A stretch of DNA of 64,000 nucleotides from Gemmatimonadota bacterium (GCA_020348925.1 CP070758.1:3735688-3799687); one strand, 5' to 3'. Numbered from the stretch's first letter, positions 1 through 10,620 are shown. Notes: a model not told the origin generated them from the sequence alone. Made by a program: numbers and translations.

Positions 1-2
1 TG

Positions 3-586
3 ATGACTCTTCGGAATGAGGGGGACAAGAATGGAGAAAATATCCGGGGGATCCTGAGTACGTCCGACCCAGATATTGATCTCATCGATCACGCTGCGGA
101 CTTCGGATCAATTTCCATCGGGTCCCACGGATGGAATGGGGATGATCCTTTTATCGTCTCAGCAAATCTCAGAACGTATTCGGGACATCAAGCTCAATTT
201 ACCCTGTATCTCGAGAGCGATTCGGGGATGCGGGATACACAGACCTTTTCTCTGTCCGTTGGTGTTCCATCCCCCTCGGATCCCACGGGGCCGGATTCCT
301 ACGGATATATGGCGTACGATAACGGGGACTGGCGCTACTACGATCGTCCTACCTACGCGTGGTTCGAGATAGATCCTGAGTATGGTGGCTCCGGGACCGT
401 ATTGAGCTTCGTTGATGAACCGCTGCCTGAACAAGGGGATTGGGCCGATTATTATCGAGGTGATACGGAGGTGCTGGATTTGCCCTTCACCTTTCGCTAT
501 TATGGAGGTACCTACGATGAGATTTCCGTCTGTTCAAACGGATGGCTCTCCATGGGGGCGACGTGGATGACGGACTTTCGGAACTG
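3..586 (+). CDS. Partial large secreted protein (module seen in gingipain/C25-type secreted proteins), truncated by the window start and the N-gap
   Basis: Open frame up to the gap with 'PTGPDSYGY..YD', 'LPFTFRYYG..Y....VCSNGWLS' and an Ig/CARDB-like segment typical of FCB secreted proteins. Confidence 0.7.
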
Positions 587-686
587 NNNNNNNNNNNNNN
601 NNNNNNNNNNNNNNNNNNNNNNNNNNNNNNNNNNNNNNNNNNNNNNNNNNNNNNNNNNNNNNNNNNNNNNNNNNNNNNNNNNNNNN

Positions 687-3600
687 ACGTGAGGAATACG
701 TCCGACGGGCATTCCAACATAGTGCCTTTAATGGGGACGGATATCATGTGCCAACAATCCGGAGAAAAAGAGAGCGTGTCCGTCCTCTGGATGCACTCAA
801 TATGTGTCAGTGTTGTATCACGCTCGAAGATATTCCCCACCTTATCCCCGATGACGACGAGATACGTAATCGGCTCGCCGGTTTCAAACGGAATATCGCT
901 CAGATCGTCTGTTAAAAGAACAGGCGATGCGAGACCAATACTATCAAAACAGCAGTCCTCAATCGGTTCAAGATCATTAAAGAGAGTATCCACGAGTGTC
1001 GTATCGCTGTTCATAATCCTGTACAACTCATAGAAGTCCGTGCCACTTCCCAGACCGCAATTCTCCCCCGTATCATAATCGCTGGGATCATCAAAAGAGA
1101 CATGAATCTGACACCCGTTCACAACATTATAGATCGGTTCGTCCGGCCGAAGCGTAGGTCTCTTTCGATCGACTCTGAACGATCGGGGCGCTGAAGGGAG
1201 AGAATGGCTGCCGTCGGAACCGATCCCCCTGACGCGGAAAAACCATTTCTTATTGTCCCCAAAAACCGTGCGATCGGACAAATCGAGTGGTCGCGAGGAG
1301 CACGTTCCATCAACACAGGAGACGGTATCGATTCGATCGACATAAAATTCGAAGACCGGATAATCCCGCGTCGAATATTCAACCACATATTCATCGACCT
1401 CTTGCATGGATTCCCAGGATAGGACCAATGGTGCTGAAGCGGGCACATAGATATCGGAAACGAGAGAACAGGGTCGAGCGTGTCCGGAAGCGATGAATGG
1501 GTTCAAGGTATCGCACACGATCGAGACGTTTTGCTTATCGTTGGACGTATTTCCGGCAAAATCGAATGTCAATACGGCATACGTATAATCGCACAGGTCT
1601 CCTGTATCGTCCGGCATGGTTTGGGGGCCTCCATCGCAGGCCACGACAACTTTGCTCGAAGAATCGACCCACGATCTGTACCAGGCATAGTGGAGCGTGT
1701 CGACAACGACACCATCTTTTAATATAAAGTAGCCTTTGACATCGTTCGGCCTCAGAATACCATCGAGATTCCATTCGAGCTTCGTGAAAAAGGAAACGCA
1801 ATCGACTCTGTTTCCTTCATTTTGAACAAACGGAAAAAATTCGCTGAACACACCATCTATTATTTCCACCCGCAGGTCCACCGAGGGAGGTGGTATCGGA
1901 TCCTGCCAGCAGCACACGGTGTCCGACCAGGCGCTCTCATTCCCGACGGAGTCCTTCACTTGTATCGTATAATAATATTTCTCCCCGGACAATGGAGGCT
2001 GATCCGGCTGGTCCGGAACCGTCACACACCGGTCTTCGTACCACAGGCTTGTCCAGGTCATCGACGGTAACCATCGATCGCTTCTCGACCAGGCCACTCT
2101 GAAACTGTCCGACGATTCCAACGTATCGGGACACCTGCAGACCGTGTTCGTGTCCCCTCGATGCCAGCAGGTATCATTGCGACACTTCCAAAATCCGCAG
2201 AAGGGCTCCACGATCCCGTTGGCCCAGCAGGAATCGTCCGCGCAGCTCCAGCATACGCTGTCAGCCGCCGAATTGCACAGTAAAATTTCGGGCTTCGCTG
2301 GTGTCGTGCAATCACACGCGGCGGGCGCATCCGCCCGGACCCATTCCCCCCGACCGAACCTGTCAACCAAGGAGACCCTGTAATCGTAATAGGTACCATT
2401 CTCCAATCTGAGAGGATGTCCCATCGGCAGACGGTAGGATGTATCCACAACGCATAATTCCGTGTTCCCGGTAAAGGGGATCGGTCCCAGAACCGGTTTC
2501 AAATCCAACCAGAGTTCCGATCCGTGTTCGGCTCTCTCAATTGCAATACTATCAGGAAAATAGCACTCCCCGGCCTGTGGCTCCTCCCAGCACAGGGAGA
2601 TCGAACAGCCTGCTCTCGCCAGGGTCCTCACATTCTTGACCGTGCACATTGTCGTTTCAAAATCGACAAACAGGCTGTCAATATTGGACCAGCAACTCCA
2701 GACATCCGGACACTGAACTTTCGTCTGCTTGAGCCGATAGTAGAGGGTATCCCGGGCAGGGATACAGCGGGCCATATAGAGGGACAGCAGGTCGTGCACC
2801 CACTGGCTTTCGTCCGTCAGGAGAGAATCACATTTCGAACCAGGACTGAAGCTCTTGGCACGTGCACACTCGATATAATATATGAAGTCTTTCCCGTTCG
2901 TTCCGCCCCAATCAACCGTACAAACTGGTGCGGACTCGCTCACAAACCGGGGAACCGGAGCACACAGTTTTCTGGTCCACGTCTGCACAATGGGAACGAT
3001 CTTCCCTGTTTCCCGCGAGTTGCCGACACAATCAACCGGGTCGACCCTGTAGTTGTATTCCGTGCAGAAATCATTATCAAACCTGATAGCAAACCTGTCG
3101 CAATAGCTGAACAAATCCTTCTCACAGTCCCGCACGATGATGGTATCGACGGTGTCTGTTCCCACCCATCGTACGATTCGAAACCAGCACACACCGCACG
3201 AGTCATCAGTAGTACATTCCCCCTCGGGGTAGGTCCACGTTAAACAAATGTCGGCGCTTCGGTCATAGCTCGAGCACGGTTTGCTGATCTCCAAACCCGA
3301 TACATCATAACGGGGAGGTGTATGATCCTGGTTCGAACAAACCGTATCGGAAAAGAGGGTGCTCTTTCTATCGTTTTTATAGATCGATCTTATCCTGTAA
3401 CAATAGATACCCCCCGAGGAATGATCCACGGTCTGGTCGTTGAGCGCAACATTGACGGTCACACTGGTGTCAAAGACGCCGGTCCCATACGGTTCTTTAT
3501 TCCACTGAATTTCATACCCAACGGCTTCCTCCACGGGTTGCCATTGGAGCATCCGGCTCAAGCCTCTGGTACAGGTCGGGAGAGGATCCACAGGCACCGC

Positions 3601-4425
3601 CTGATAGTTATTATCGGTGTGGCAAAATCCCGTAGAATCATTGCCCTCTTCCCTTCTATTCCCGGCATGGTCTATGGGAATGACAATATATCGGTATGTA
3701 TAATTCCAGTTCAGATACTCCCACTCATCGATGTATCTGAGCGTCGCGCAATCTTCCGCGCAGTCGGCCCCGTCCAATGTATAACAGTAGGTTCGCCATC
3801 TGTCACCCTTTTTCTTGGTAACACATTTCGAGAGACTCGAGTCGACGCGGGTAAAGGCAATTGTGTCCGTCATCGTAACCTGGGCGTTCTGTCTCTCACG
3901 TCTCACGATCTCATAATTGGTTATATCATTCAGAACGACCGTTTCCCCTGGCCCTGTTGTATCTTCCACCGCTTGCCAGAGAAGCTCGATACTTCCATTG
4001 GGCAACGCGTTGCATGCAATCCAGGTCACGGGGTCAGGTGGGATACCGTCCGCGACGGCTGTTATTTTGAACTCGGTTCCCGGGATGATCTTTCCGGAAT
4101 AATCGATGAGTTGAATTGTGTAATAATAAGGAGTATCATCATCGAGCGACACCCTGTCATCTCTGTAATTATTCAGATGTGATGGGATATCGGCCACGTG
4201 GACGCCAGCCTGTTCAGCATCCGTGGCCCGGGCAATCCGAAAATACTCTGCCTGACCCTTAACGTTTTCCGGAATCTGAAATTGTAATACGATATCCCCG
4301 TTTGATTTGGATTGGGCCTGGCACCATTCATTTTTTGCACTGAGAGTATTCTGAAAAATAAAGAGAAAAGATACGGCGGCGATGAAAACAGGGGTTATAG
4401 TACAACTTATTTTGAAGCGTCTCAT
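687..4425 (-). CDS. Large secreted Cys-rich protein with multiple fibronectin type III-like domains, 3' end lost in the gap
   Basis: ATG at 4425 with GAGGGGAG RBS; signal peptide MRRFKISC...TLSA; repeated 'Y.Y.V...D..GN.S' and 'L.W' FN3 signatures over >1200 aa. Confidence 0.75.
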
Positions 4426-4510
4426 TTTCCAACTCCCCTCTCTCAATTTTTCACCATCAAATCTGGCGTTCCCTCATTGGGCGCTCGCATGGTACCACTA
4501 TTGAAATTGA

Positions 4511-4539
4511 ATACTATAATAAAGAAACTAATTTGTCAA
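4511..4539 (-). promoter_or_regulatory. sigma70-type promoter for the FN3 protein
   Basis: TTGACA-17 nt-TAGTAT on the minus strand, about 85 nt upstream of the start. Confidence 0.5.
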
Positions 4540-4581
4540 GAAAAAAATATATTTTTTAAGCAATAATATTGTTATATGATT

Positions 4582-5295
4582 TCACGGATTTCCGCTCTCC
4601 AAATATCGATTGATTGCCCTGAGGGTTGCTATGACAGAAGCCAGGTGAACTTCATCTCGTATACAAGCAGACCCTGAAACACTGACAGTCTCTTGTATAC
4701 AAGAAGATCCTGAGACGCTGACAGTCCCTTCATTGAGAATAAGGGTGAGTAACACAACAACCAAATTTTTTTCGCAGAGTTCGAGAAATTTTGTCCCTAT
4801 CACTGCACCACTAACAACTTCGGGTAAAAGCTCCAAAGCTGCATGAAGTGCAGTCTCGGCCGACAGTCGGATAACGTTTTCAGTGAGATATGCTCCGCTT
4901 TTAGTGCACTCCGTCTCATTAACTTCCGGTGATGACATCACTGTTCTCTTCAATCTCACAAGAATCGTAAATTGTCCTTTCCCAACAGATGTTATGTCAG
5001 CACAGACCAATCCAATCTTCGATTCAGATTTCGATAAAGCACCTGATTCAATAATTTTCTCTGGCTCTACTGAAATAAGGATATCCCCGGCCAATAGTGG
5101 AACTCTCTCCTTTGCGGCGGAGCGAATCGCTTCTCGAAGGATTCGAATATCAATACCCGATTTAGGAACAACCTTTAATTGATAGCCACTCTCTGTTCTT
5201 TTAACCGTTGCATGAGCAACACCGTTGACTTCGAGCGCTGTTTTCAGAATGATGTCCAAGATGCCATCAGGGATGTTATTTTGAGTACTCTCCAT
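4582..5295 (-). CDS. Hypothetical protein with C-terminal LeuA-allosteric-domain-like motifs; paralog of 5366..6019
   Basis: 237 aa; 'VSGSACIRDEVHLASVIATLRAINR' and 'RLSAETALHAA' parallel the neighbour's motifs. Confidence 0.65.
   Translation of the reverse strand: MESTQNNIPDGILDIILKTALEVNGVAHATVKRTESGYQLKVVPKSGIDIRILREAIRSAAKERVPLLAGDILISVEPEKIIESGALSKSESKIGLVCADITSVGKGQFTILVRLKRTVMSSPEVNETECTKSGAYLTENVIRLSAETALHAALELLPEVVSGAVIGTKFLELCEKNLVVVLLTLILNEGTVSVSGSSCIQETVSVSGSACIRDEVHLASVIATLRAINRYLESGNP
4659..4730. repeat. In-frame 36-bp tandem duplication
   Basis: Units 4659-4694 and 4695-4730 match at 31/36 nt; encode TVSVSGSSCIQE / TVSVSGSACIRD. Confidence 0.9.
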
Positions 5296-5365
5296 CCTAT
5301 TTTAAAAATTTAGATAGTGAACACAACTTCTCATTAATCAAAAAGATTACATCTTCTTGAAAACT

Positions 5366-6019
5366 TCAATTATTCAGGAGAACATCGATATACCGATTGA
5401 CAGCATCAAGAATTGCCCGAATAACAGCTTCGCAATCATCTCCTCGATTCAGCGCCGCCCCGCAGTGTATTCTCTCGCCTCGGTATGAAATAGTAATCAG
5501 AGAAATAATAATCTCTTTATCTTTTATCTTCATACGCTCTATTTCTCTCACAACAAGACGACCCTTTCCGGGAATTAATTTCGTAAGTGCTTCCCGTGTT
5601 GCCTCACCGGCAATTTTCAGTCTTTCTTCCCCATCGAATGCTCCCTCAGCATGTCCTGTTACTTCGTTCTCACGATATTTTAACGTTACGTCAACACCAT
5701 AGCTATTCATTGTACTCCGGATATGCACGCTGAGCAACTCAATTCGGACTTTCGGCGTCTCGATCTGCTGTCCCGCCATTGTAAAATGTATATTTTCTTC
5801 TCGAATCTCAATACCTTTCCGGTTGTGAAGAAGCGTTCGTATCTCATTGCTTGCCCTTCTCAAATCGACACGCTCCGCTCTAACGACACAGTGATACTCT
5901 CCGGAATGCTGCCAAACCTTAAGGCATATCACCCCTGGGATTTCTTCAATGAGTTTGCAAATATTTTCATCTTCTGTTGAATTGTTCTGGCTCCACTGAT
6001 CATTTTCATTATATACCAT
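5366..6019 (-). CDS. Hypothetical protein with LeuA-allosteric (dimerisation)-domain-like repeats
   Basis: 217 aa; 'VTGHAEG...LKIAGEATREAL' and 'HCGAALNRGDDCEAVIRAILDAVNR' resemble the G.g...D...A...A.l.A.N pattern. Confidence 0.7.
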   Translation of the reverse strand: MVYNENDQWSQNNSTEDENICKLIEEIPGVICLKVWQHSGEYHCVVRAERVDLRRASNEIRTLLHNRKGIEIREENIHFTMAGQQIETPKVRIELLSVHIRSTMNSYGVDVTLKYRENEVTGHAEGAFDGEERLKIAGEATREALTKLIPGKGRLVVREIERMKIKDKEIIISLITISYRGERIHCGAALNRGDDCEAVIRAILDAVNRYIDVLLNN

Positions 6020-6052
6020 CTCTTCATCCTTTATGCCTTATATATTCTTAAC

Positions 6053-7231
6053 TCAGTTTTCAGATTTGGAGGTTTCTTTAAAAATATCAGAGTATTTTGC
6101 AATATCTCCATCCTCCGTATAACCGAACACTATATTCTTATGTTTTCTCTTAACCTTTTTCCTGGATTTGCTTATACCCTTTGCTCCATATAAAGCGTCA
6201 AAAGCACATTCTTCAAACTTAGGAGCGCTGGAAACATCATTTGGATTGCGATATGTAGCAACTCCTATAGATATTGTAAGTTTTACTTTTTCTTCTACAC
6301 TCTTCTTTTTGAGTTTTACAGGAGTATTCTCAACCTCTTTTCGAAGTTTCTCTGCCCGCTCCAAAGCCCTCTCGTGATCCATATTAGGAGCAATGACTCC
6401 AAATTCGTCTCCGCCTATCCTTGCTTTTGTATCATTTGGCCTGAACCTCTTTCTTATTTTACTGGCAATAAACTTCAGCGCTTTATCTCCTTCTGAATGG
6501 CTATAGGTATCATTAATCAGCTTAAAATCATCTAGATCAATTATTATCTTTGAGATAGAATTTTTCCCTTTGCGGTCTTGGTGCCGACTGGTCCTTCTGC
6601 GATACTCATTCCATAGATTTATTAACGTAATTTCAAAATATCTTCTATTATAAAGACCGGTAAGAGGATCTCGAAAGGAACCTTCAATCATTTGAAGAAT
6701 CCGAGCTACGAGAACTTTGACAAGACCGAGAGAAACAAAAGGTTTTTTAACAAAAAAGAATGCACCTTTTTCGATTACCTCTAACGTCCACTCTGAAACT
6801 TCCTCATCAACTAAGACAATAACTTCGGTTTCCGGATGATCACGCTTTATCTCTTGTAATAGACGAATTCCTGTTTCCTTTCGTGGCCTGCTCGATTCAT
6901 ATTCTGGAAGGAACAAATCAAGCAGAACAACATGATGAGGACAATCCTTCCAGAGTCTTCTGTAATACTCTGCCGTAGTTGCCGTATGAATGTTTATTCT
7001 TCGTTTTATCTTTCTCCGCCCTCTGGGAAAAACCATTTTAAAAGAAATTTTCCCCTCGTAAACCCAACAATCAGGAATCATATCGTCATATTCAAGAATA
7101 CTTTCATAAGGTTCCCTGAAATTCTTAACCATTTTACCATCAAACAAACGGACTAAGTCATCGCGTACTTCTTTGTCCTGCGGTTCCCTAACTTTGTGTA
7201 ATATTAGCAGATAACAATCAATCTTTTTCAT
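6053..7231 (-). CDS. Response-regulator diguanylate cyclase (REC + GGDEF)
   Basis: VVLLDLFLP and FVKKP (REC); DPLTGLYNRR, DLDDFK.IND, RPND I-site, GGDEF; AGGAG RBS. Confidence 0.9.
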   Translation of the reverse strand: MKKIDCYLLILHKVREPQDKEVRDDLVRLFDGKMVKNFREPYESILEYDDMIPDCWVYEGKISFKMVFPRGRRKIKRRINIHTATTAEYYRRLWKDCPHHVVLLDLFLPEYESSRPRKETGIRLLQEIKRDHPETEVIVLVDEEVSEWTLEVIEKGAFFFVKKPFVSLGLVKVLVARILQMIEGSFRDPLTGLYNRRYFEITLINLWNEYRRRTSRHQDRKGKNSISKIIIDLDDFKLINDTYSHSEGDKALKFIASKIRKRFRPNDTKARIGGDEFGVIAPNMDHERALERAEKLRKEVENTPVKLKKKSVEEKVKLTISIGVATYRNPNDVSSAPKFEECAFDALYGAKGISKSRKKVKRKHKNIVFGYTEDGDIAKYSDIFKETSKSEN

Positions 7232-7896
7232 TACCTTTTTCTCCTACAAATCAATTATGGCTGGTCGCCTGTTCTTCAGGAGGATCCTTCGATTTTCTAA
7301 TCTCATGTAAGTTATGCGTAAACTCCTTTTCAATCCCTTGAGTCAGCATGGTCGATACAAACCTCACTCACGCAGGGGGATCCCACATCCAAGCCACGTA
7401 TATGACTCATCATCTTCACCAGTCCAGAAATTCCTTATCTCGTGATATAATGAAACAATTTCTCACTCCTCGAATAGTCCGAAGGAATGAGGCTTTTTTT
7501 CGAAATAAAGCCAAGAAATCCCTCTTCCGAAGCCTGGGAAGAGAATCGCCCTGAGGGCTTTCGCGATCCCGACACGACAGGTGGCACTCATGACCACCTG
7601 TAACTCCCGATTGCCGTCGTGACAACAGATGTTAAATTGTAAGAGTATAAAAATTAAAAGGATTAAACATCAGCAAGCCGGCCGGTGCCCGATGCTTTGT
7701 GGCATTCATGACCCGGCGGAGAATAGGGCTCTCCTGACCATATTCCTCGCCCACCGAATATCTTGCGAGTTCCACTCTTTCTATAGAATGTGCTCCCTCA
7801 AGAGTTTCCATAGCTAACACTACCAAGATGATTTTTCACCTACAACTGAATTTTGATTAAAATTCTCCACTTACCACGGATAGATATAAGTGTTTT

Positions 7897-7925
7897 AAGA
7901 TATTAAGCTGTTTTTAAAATGTCAA
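7897..7925 (-). promoter_or_regulatory. sigma70-type promoter pointing toward the REC-GGDEF operon
   Basis: TTGACA-17 nt-TATCTT on the minus strand. Confidence 0.5.
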
Positions 7926-8096
7926 GTATTTTTTGGACTATTTTACTGGCTGTTACAACGTGTTTCCAAGATCACACTTATCGTTGATTATTCATACAAA
8001 CGATGTGACCGAGATGTATCATCTAAATATTATTATGGTTAATACAAACCCTGGTTACCGACTTGATTCCATGACTCGTTCCACTCATGCAGGGTA

Positions 8097-8174
8097 TGTC
8101 ATTCCGAGTTTATCCCAGAATCTCCTGAATAGAGATTATGACAAGATACCTAAGGCACTCTGGCCGGAATGACA
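8097..8174. repeat. REP-like palindromic element
   Basis: Perfect 10-bp terminal inverted repeat TGTCATTCCG...CGGAATGACA; related sequence at 9643-9669. Confidence 0.6.
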
Positions 8175-8489
8175 GTTGATGAATAAGCCAGGTTATAAGT
8201 TTGTACGCAGTACTTCTCTGTCACCGTGACTTTGCCGATACGACTGCACCTCGACAGAGAATCATGAGTGATTTCATTGAAAACGATATGATGTGATGCT
8301 TGCGTAAGACATATCTGAGGCTCTTTGAAATTATACCGGATAACAATTTCAAATTCACATTTGGTCCTCACAGGAATTCTGGATTGTCAAATGAGCTTCC
8401 TCTGAAAAATACGGGATATAGAATCGTATTTTTCATGTTTCCTATCACAGCGAGAAAATAGATGATTGGGGGCATTCTGGATCAGTTAT

Positions 8490-8680
8490 GCCCTGAAGCC
8501 TGAGCCGATCAGGCCATCCGACGCATGGAGCAGCCGTTTTTTCCGTTTTCTGAGCCTGACCGCAGGGAAGGCGAGTTTGTAAAAAACAGCGCCATGCTTC
8601 GCTGATGGCCTCGGCGAAGGCTTGGGGCTGGCCTTTCTTTGTGCTTCTTTTTCTTTGGAAAGCAAAAAAAGAAGGAGAGA
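8490..8680. repeat. Probable interspersed palindromic (MITE/REP-like) element
   Basis: AGGCCATC...GATGGCCT long stem, plus CCTTTCTTTGTGCTTCTTTTTCTTTGGAAAGCAAAAAAAGAAG resembling a widespread intergenic repeat end. Confidence 0.45.
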
Positions 8681-8839
8681 AGACCCTTTGCTATTAAGCC
8701 CATGGCGACCATATGTCATCTCTCTTCTCTTTGGCCTTCCCATCACCCCCTCGATCCAGGTTTCGGGGCATCATAGAAGCAAAGGTGAGAATTACCCAAA
8801 AATTCCTGCGAAGAGCCTAATATTTAACAGGTCCCTCGT

Positions 8840-9259
8840 TTAGCCTATGGTACCATCCTCCCCATAGCCGTACACACTATCACCTCCGGCCTTCTTAGAG
8901 CCGTGCATCAGGGCTCTGTCGGCTTCATCGTAGAGAGCAGCCAACTCCCTATTCGGTGTGGGGTACGTGGCTACCCCTATGGAAATGGTGAGAGCAACGC
9001 TTCTCCCCGTCTCCCCCGGATGAAATGATGCGCTACGAACGATTTTGCGTGCTCGATCCGCGAGCTGCACGGCCTCTCTGTGGCCGGTATCGGCTAAAAG
9101 TACCCCGAACTCGTCACCCCCGACCCTTGCCACAATATCGCTTTTTCGAAAAGCGCCGCTCAATTTTTCGGCAATGAATCGTAACGCTCGATCCCCTTCA
9201 ACGTGGCGGTACGTGTCATTGAAAAATTTAAAGCGATCGACATCTATGATCATTACCGA
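8840..9259 (-). CDS. Diguanylate cyclase, C-terminal GGDEF domain (5' part lost in the gap)
   Basis: IIDVDRFK.FNDTY.H..GD, RKSD I-site, GGDEF, TISIGVA. Confidence 0.9.
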   Translation of the reverse strand, partial: SVMIIDVDRFKFFNDTYRHVEGDRALRFIAEKLSGAFRKSDIVARVGGDEFGVLLADTGHREAVQLADRARKIVRSASFHPGETGRSVALTISIGVATYPTPNRELAALYDEADRALMHGSKKAGGDSVYGYGEDGTIG

Positions 9260-9359
9260 NNNNNNNNNNNNNNNNNNNNNNNNNNNNNNNNNNNNNNNNN
9301 NNNNNNNNNNNNNNNNNNNNNNNNNNNNNNNNNNNNNNNNNNNNNNNNNNNNNNNNNNN

Positions 9360-9575
9360 GTCGATATAGCGGGTGAGCGCATCGTCCTGGTACAATCCGT
9401 AAGAGGCTATAATTTGAGGATCGGTTTCACGGCCAAGTTGTATTTCCTGGGATTCGCTCATAAGCATGAACTCCCGTTTTCCGGTGACCGGATTCGTGGC
9501 ACATTGCAGCAGCCACCCCGCAATGCCCAAAAGTATAAGACTGAATAGACAATGAAGCAGAATTGTTCTCCGCAT
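9360..9575 (-). CDS. M48-family metalloprotease lipoprotein (BepA/YfgC-like), N-terminus only
   Basis: GGAGG RBS; signal followed by 'CATNPVTGKREFMLMSESQEIQLG', typical of M48 lipoprotein N-termini; cut by the gap. Confidence 0.75.
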
Positions 9576-9762
9576 CAGACCTGACCTCCTCTTTTTGTGT
9601 TAAAGTAAGATGTACAATATTTTAATGTGTCTTTTCAATTCTTGTCATTCTGACCGAAGGGAAGAATCTGACATCGTCAAAACATTGAGAATTTTTTGCC
9701 TTCATCTTGCTAATTTCTCTCCCCTCCCAATGAAATCGGGGCTTGAAGGAAACAGATAAAAC

Positions 9763-10287
9763 TCATTGCAGTGGTCCTCGAATGAGATGTATGTCATCAA
9801 TCCAGGCAGTGCCGCTGCCATTGATAACGAGATTGAGTTTGACCCGGTCGGGATTTTCGCACGCCTTGAGAAAGAAGGGTGTTTCCACTGTCGTCCAATC
9901 GGATGTACCCTGCAGTGGCGTTTGGAGACCTCTGGAAAAGAACTCCCCTCTACCGGGAAAATGGCACCACATCTCCAGGTACACCTGCCCCTGGATGTTT
10001 TCCGTCCGAACGCGCGCCTTATAGATGAGGCGGGCGTTCTCGATGTCGATATCTCCGGTTTCAAACAGGTTTACTGTTCTCGGCTCGGAAGCCTTAATCT
10101 TGAGCGATCCCCCTCCGTCGCTGGAGATAGCCTTATCAATTTCAACGCCCGATCTGGTGATGATGTCCTCCATGGAATTGAGAGGGAAGTGCTTCAGCTC
10201 GGTCACCTCCTTTGACGGCTTGGAGCAGGCAAAGAACAGCATGATAATTGTGCATATGAGTGGTCGTGCCTTTGTGAAAAAACGCAT
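9763..10287 (-). CDS. Lipoprotein of unknown function, possible carbohydrate-binding jelly-roll domain
   Basis: Lipobox LFFAC; 'GT.DW...E.PF', 'G.GTAWIDDI.L' CBM-like ending; GAGG RBS. Confidence 0.7.
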   Translation of the reverse strand: MRFFTKARPLICTIIMLFFACSKPSKEVTELKHFPLNSMEDIITRSGVEIDKAISSDGGGSLKIKASEPRTVNLFETGDIDIENARLIYKARVRTENIQGQVYLEMWCHFPGRGEFFSRGLQTPLQGTSDWTTVETPFFLKACENPDRVKLNLVINGSGTAWIDDIHLIRGPLQ

Positions 10288-10331
10288 ATCCTTGACCCTC
10301 CTCGACTTTGTTTGTGATTGCTGTCCTCACT

Positions 10332-10620
10332 CTTCGTCTCCGCTCAGGGTGAGGAAAGGTGTTTTCATGATTGCCGGTTTGGCCTTCGATCGAAGCAATC
10401 CTTTGTAAGGTAACGGGTTCAGGATTTCGGTTGCTTGATACTTCTTCATGTCGAGCGGAGTCGAGGCGTCTCGTGTCCGCTTCAAGAGCTGACTCAATTC
10501 ATCGCGGTATTGATCACCATTGCATACTCACAATGACAAGAGACTTTTCCTTTTATGGTAATATATATTTTGAAAATATCATGACAAGACAAAACCTCAT
10601 TACCCTTCGGCTGCGCTCGG
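10332..10620. repeat. Cluster of degenerate REP-like palindromes
   Basis: CTTCGTCTCCGCTCAGGGTGA (10332-10352), GAGCGGAGTCGA (10453-10464, near reverse complement of the first), CCCTTCGGCTGCGCTCGG (10603-10620). Confidence 0.55.

Noticed and set aside
3-712. ORFs spanning the first gap (3..692, 487..4446 tail, 542..1033)
   Set aside because: Artefacts of translation through Ns; only the sequenced parts are annotated.
7560-7720. SAM-IV or c-di-GMP riboswitch call for the GGTCATGAGTGCCA motif
   Set aside because: The 5' words resemble the start of SAM-IV, but the downstream core (GGCAACC...GGUGC...closing P1) is absent. GEMM-I/II consensus elements are also missing.
8682-8817. Possible IS5-like miniature element (GACCCTTTGC ... 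GCGAAGAGCC ends)
   Set aside because: The ends match at only about 7/10 and there is no transposase remnant; insufficient support.
8840-9575. Possible M48 protease-GGDEF fusion or operon
   Set aside because: Separated by the 9260-9359 N-gap, so adjacency cannot be trusted.
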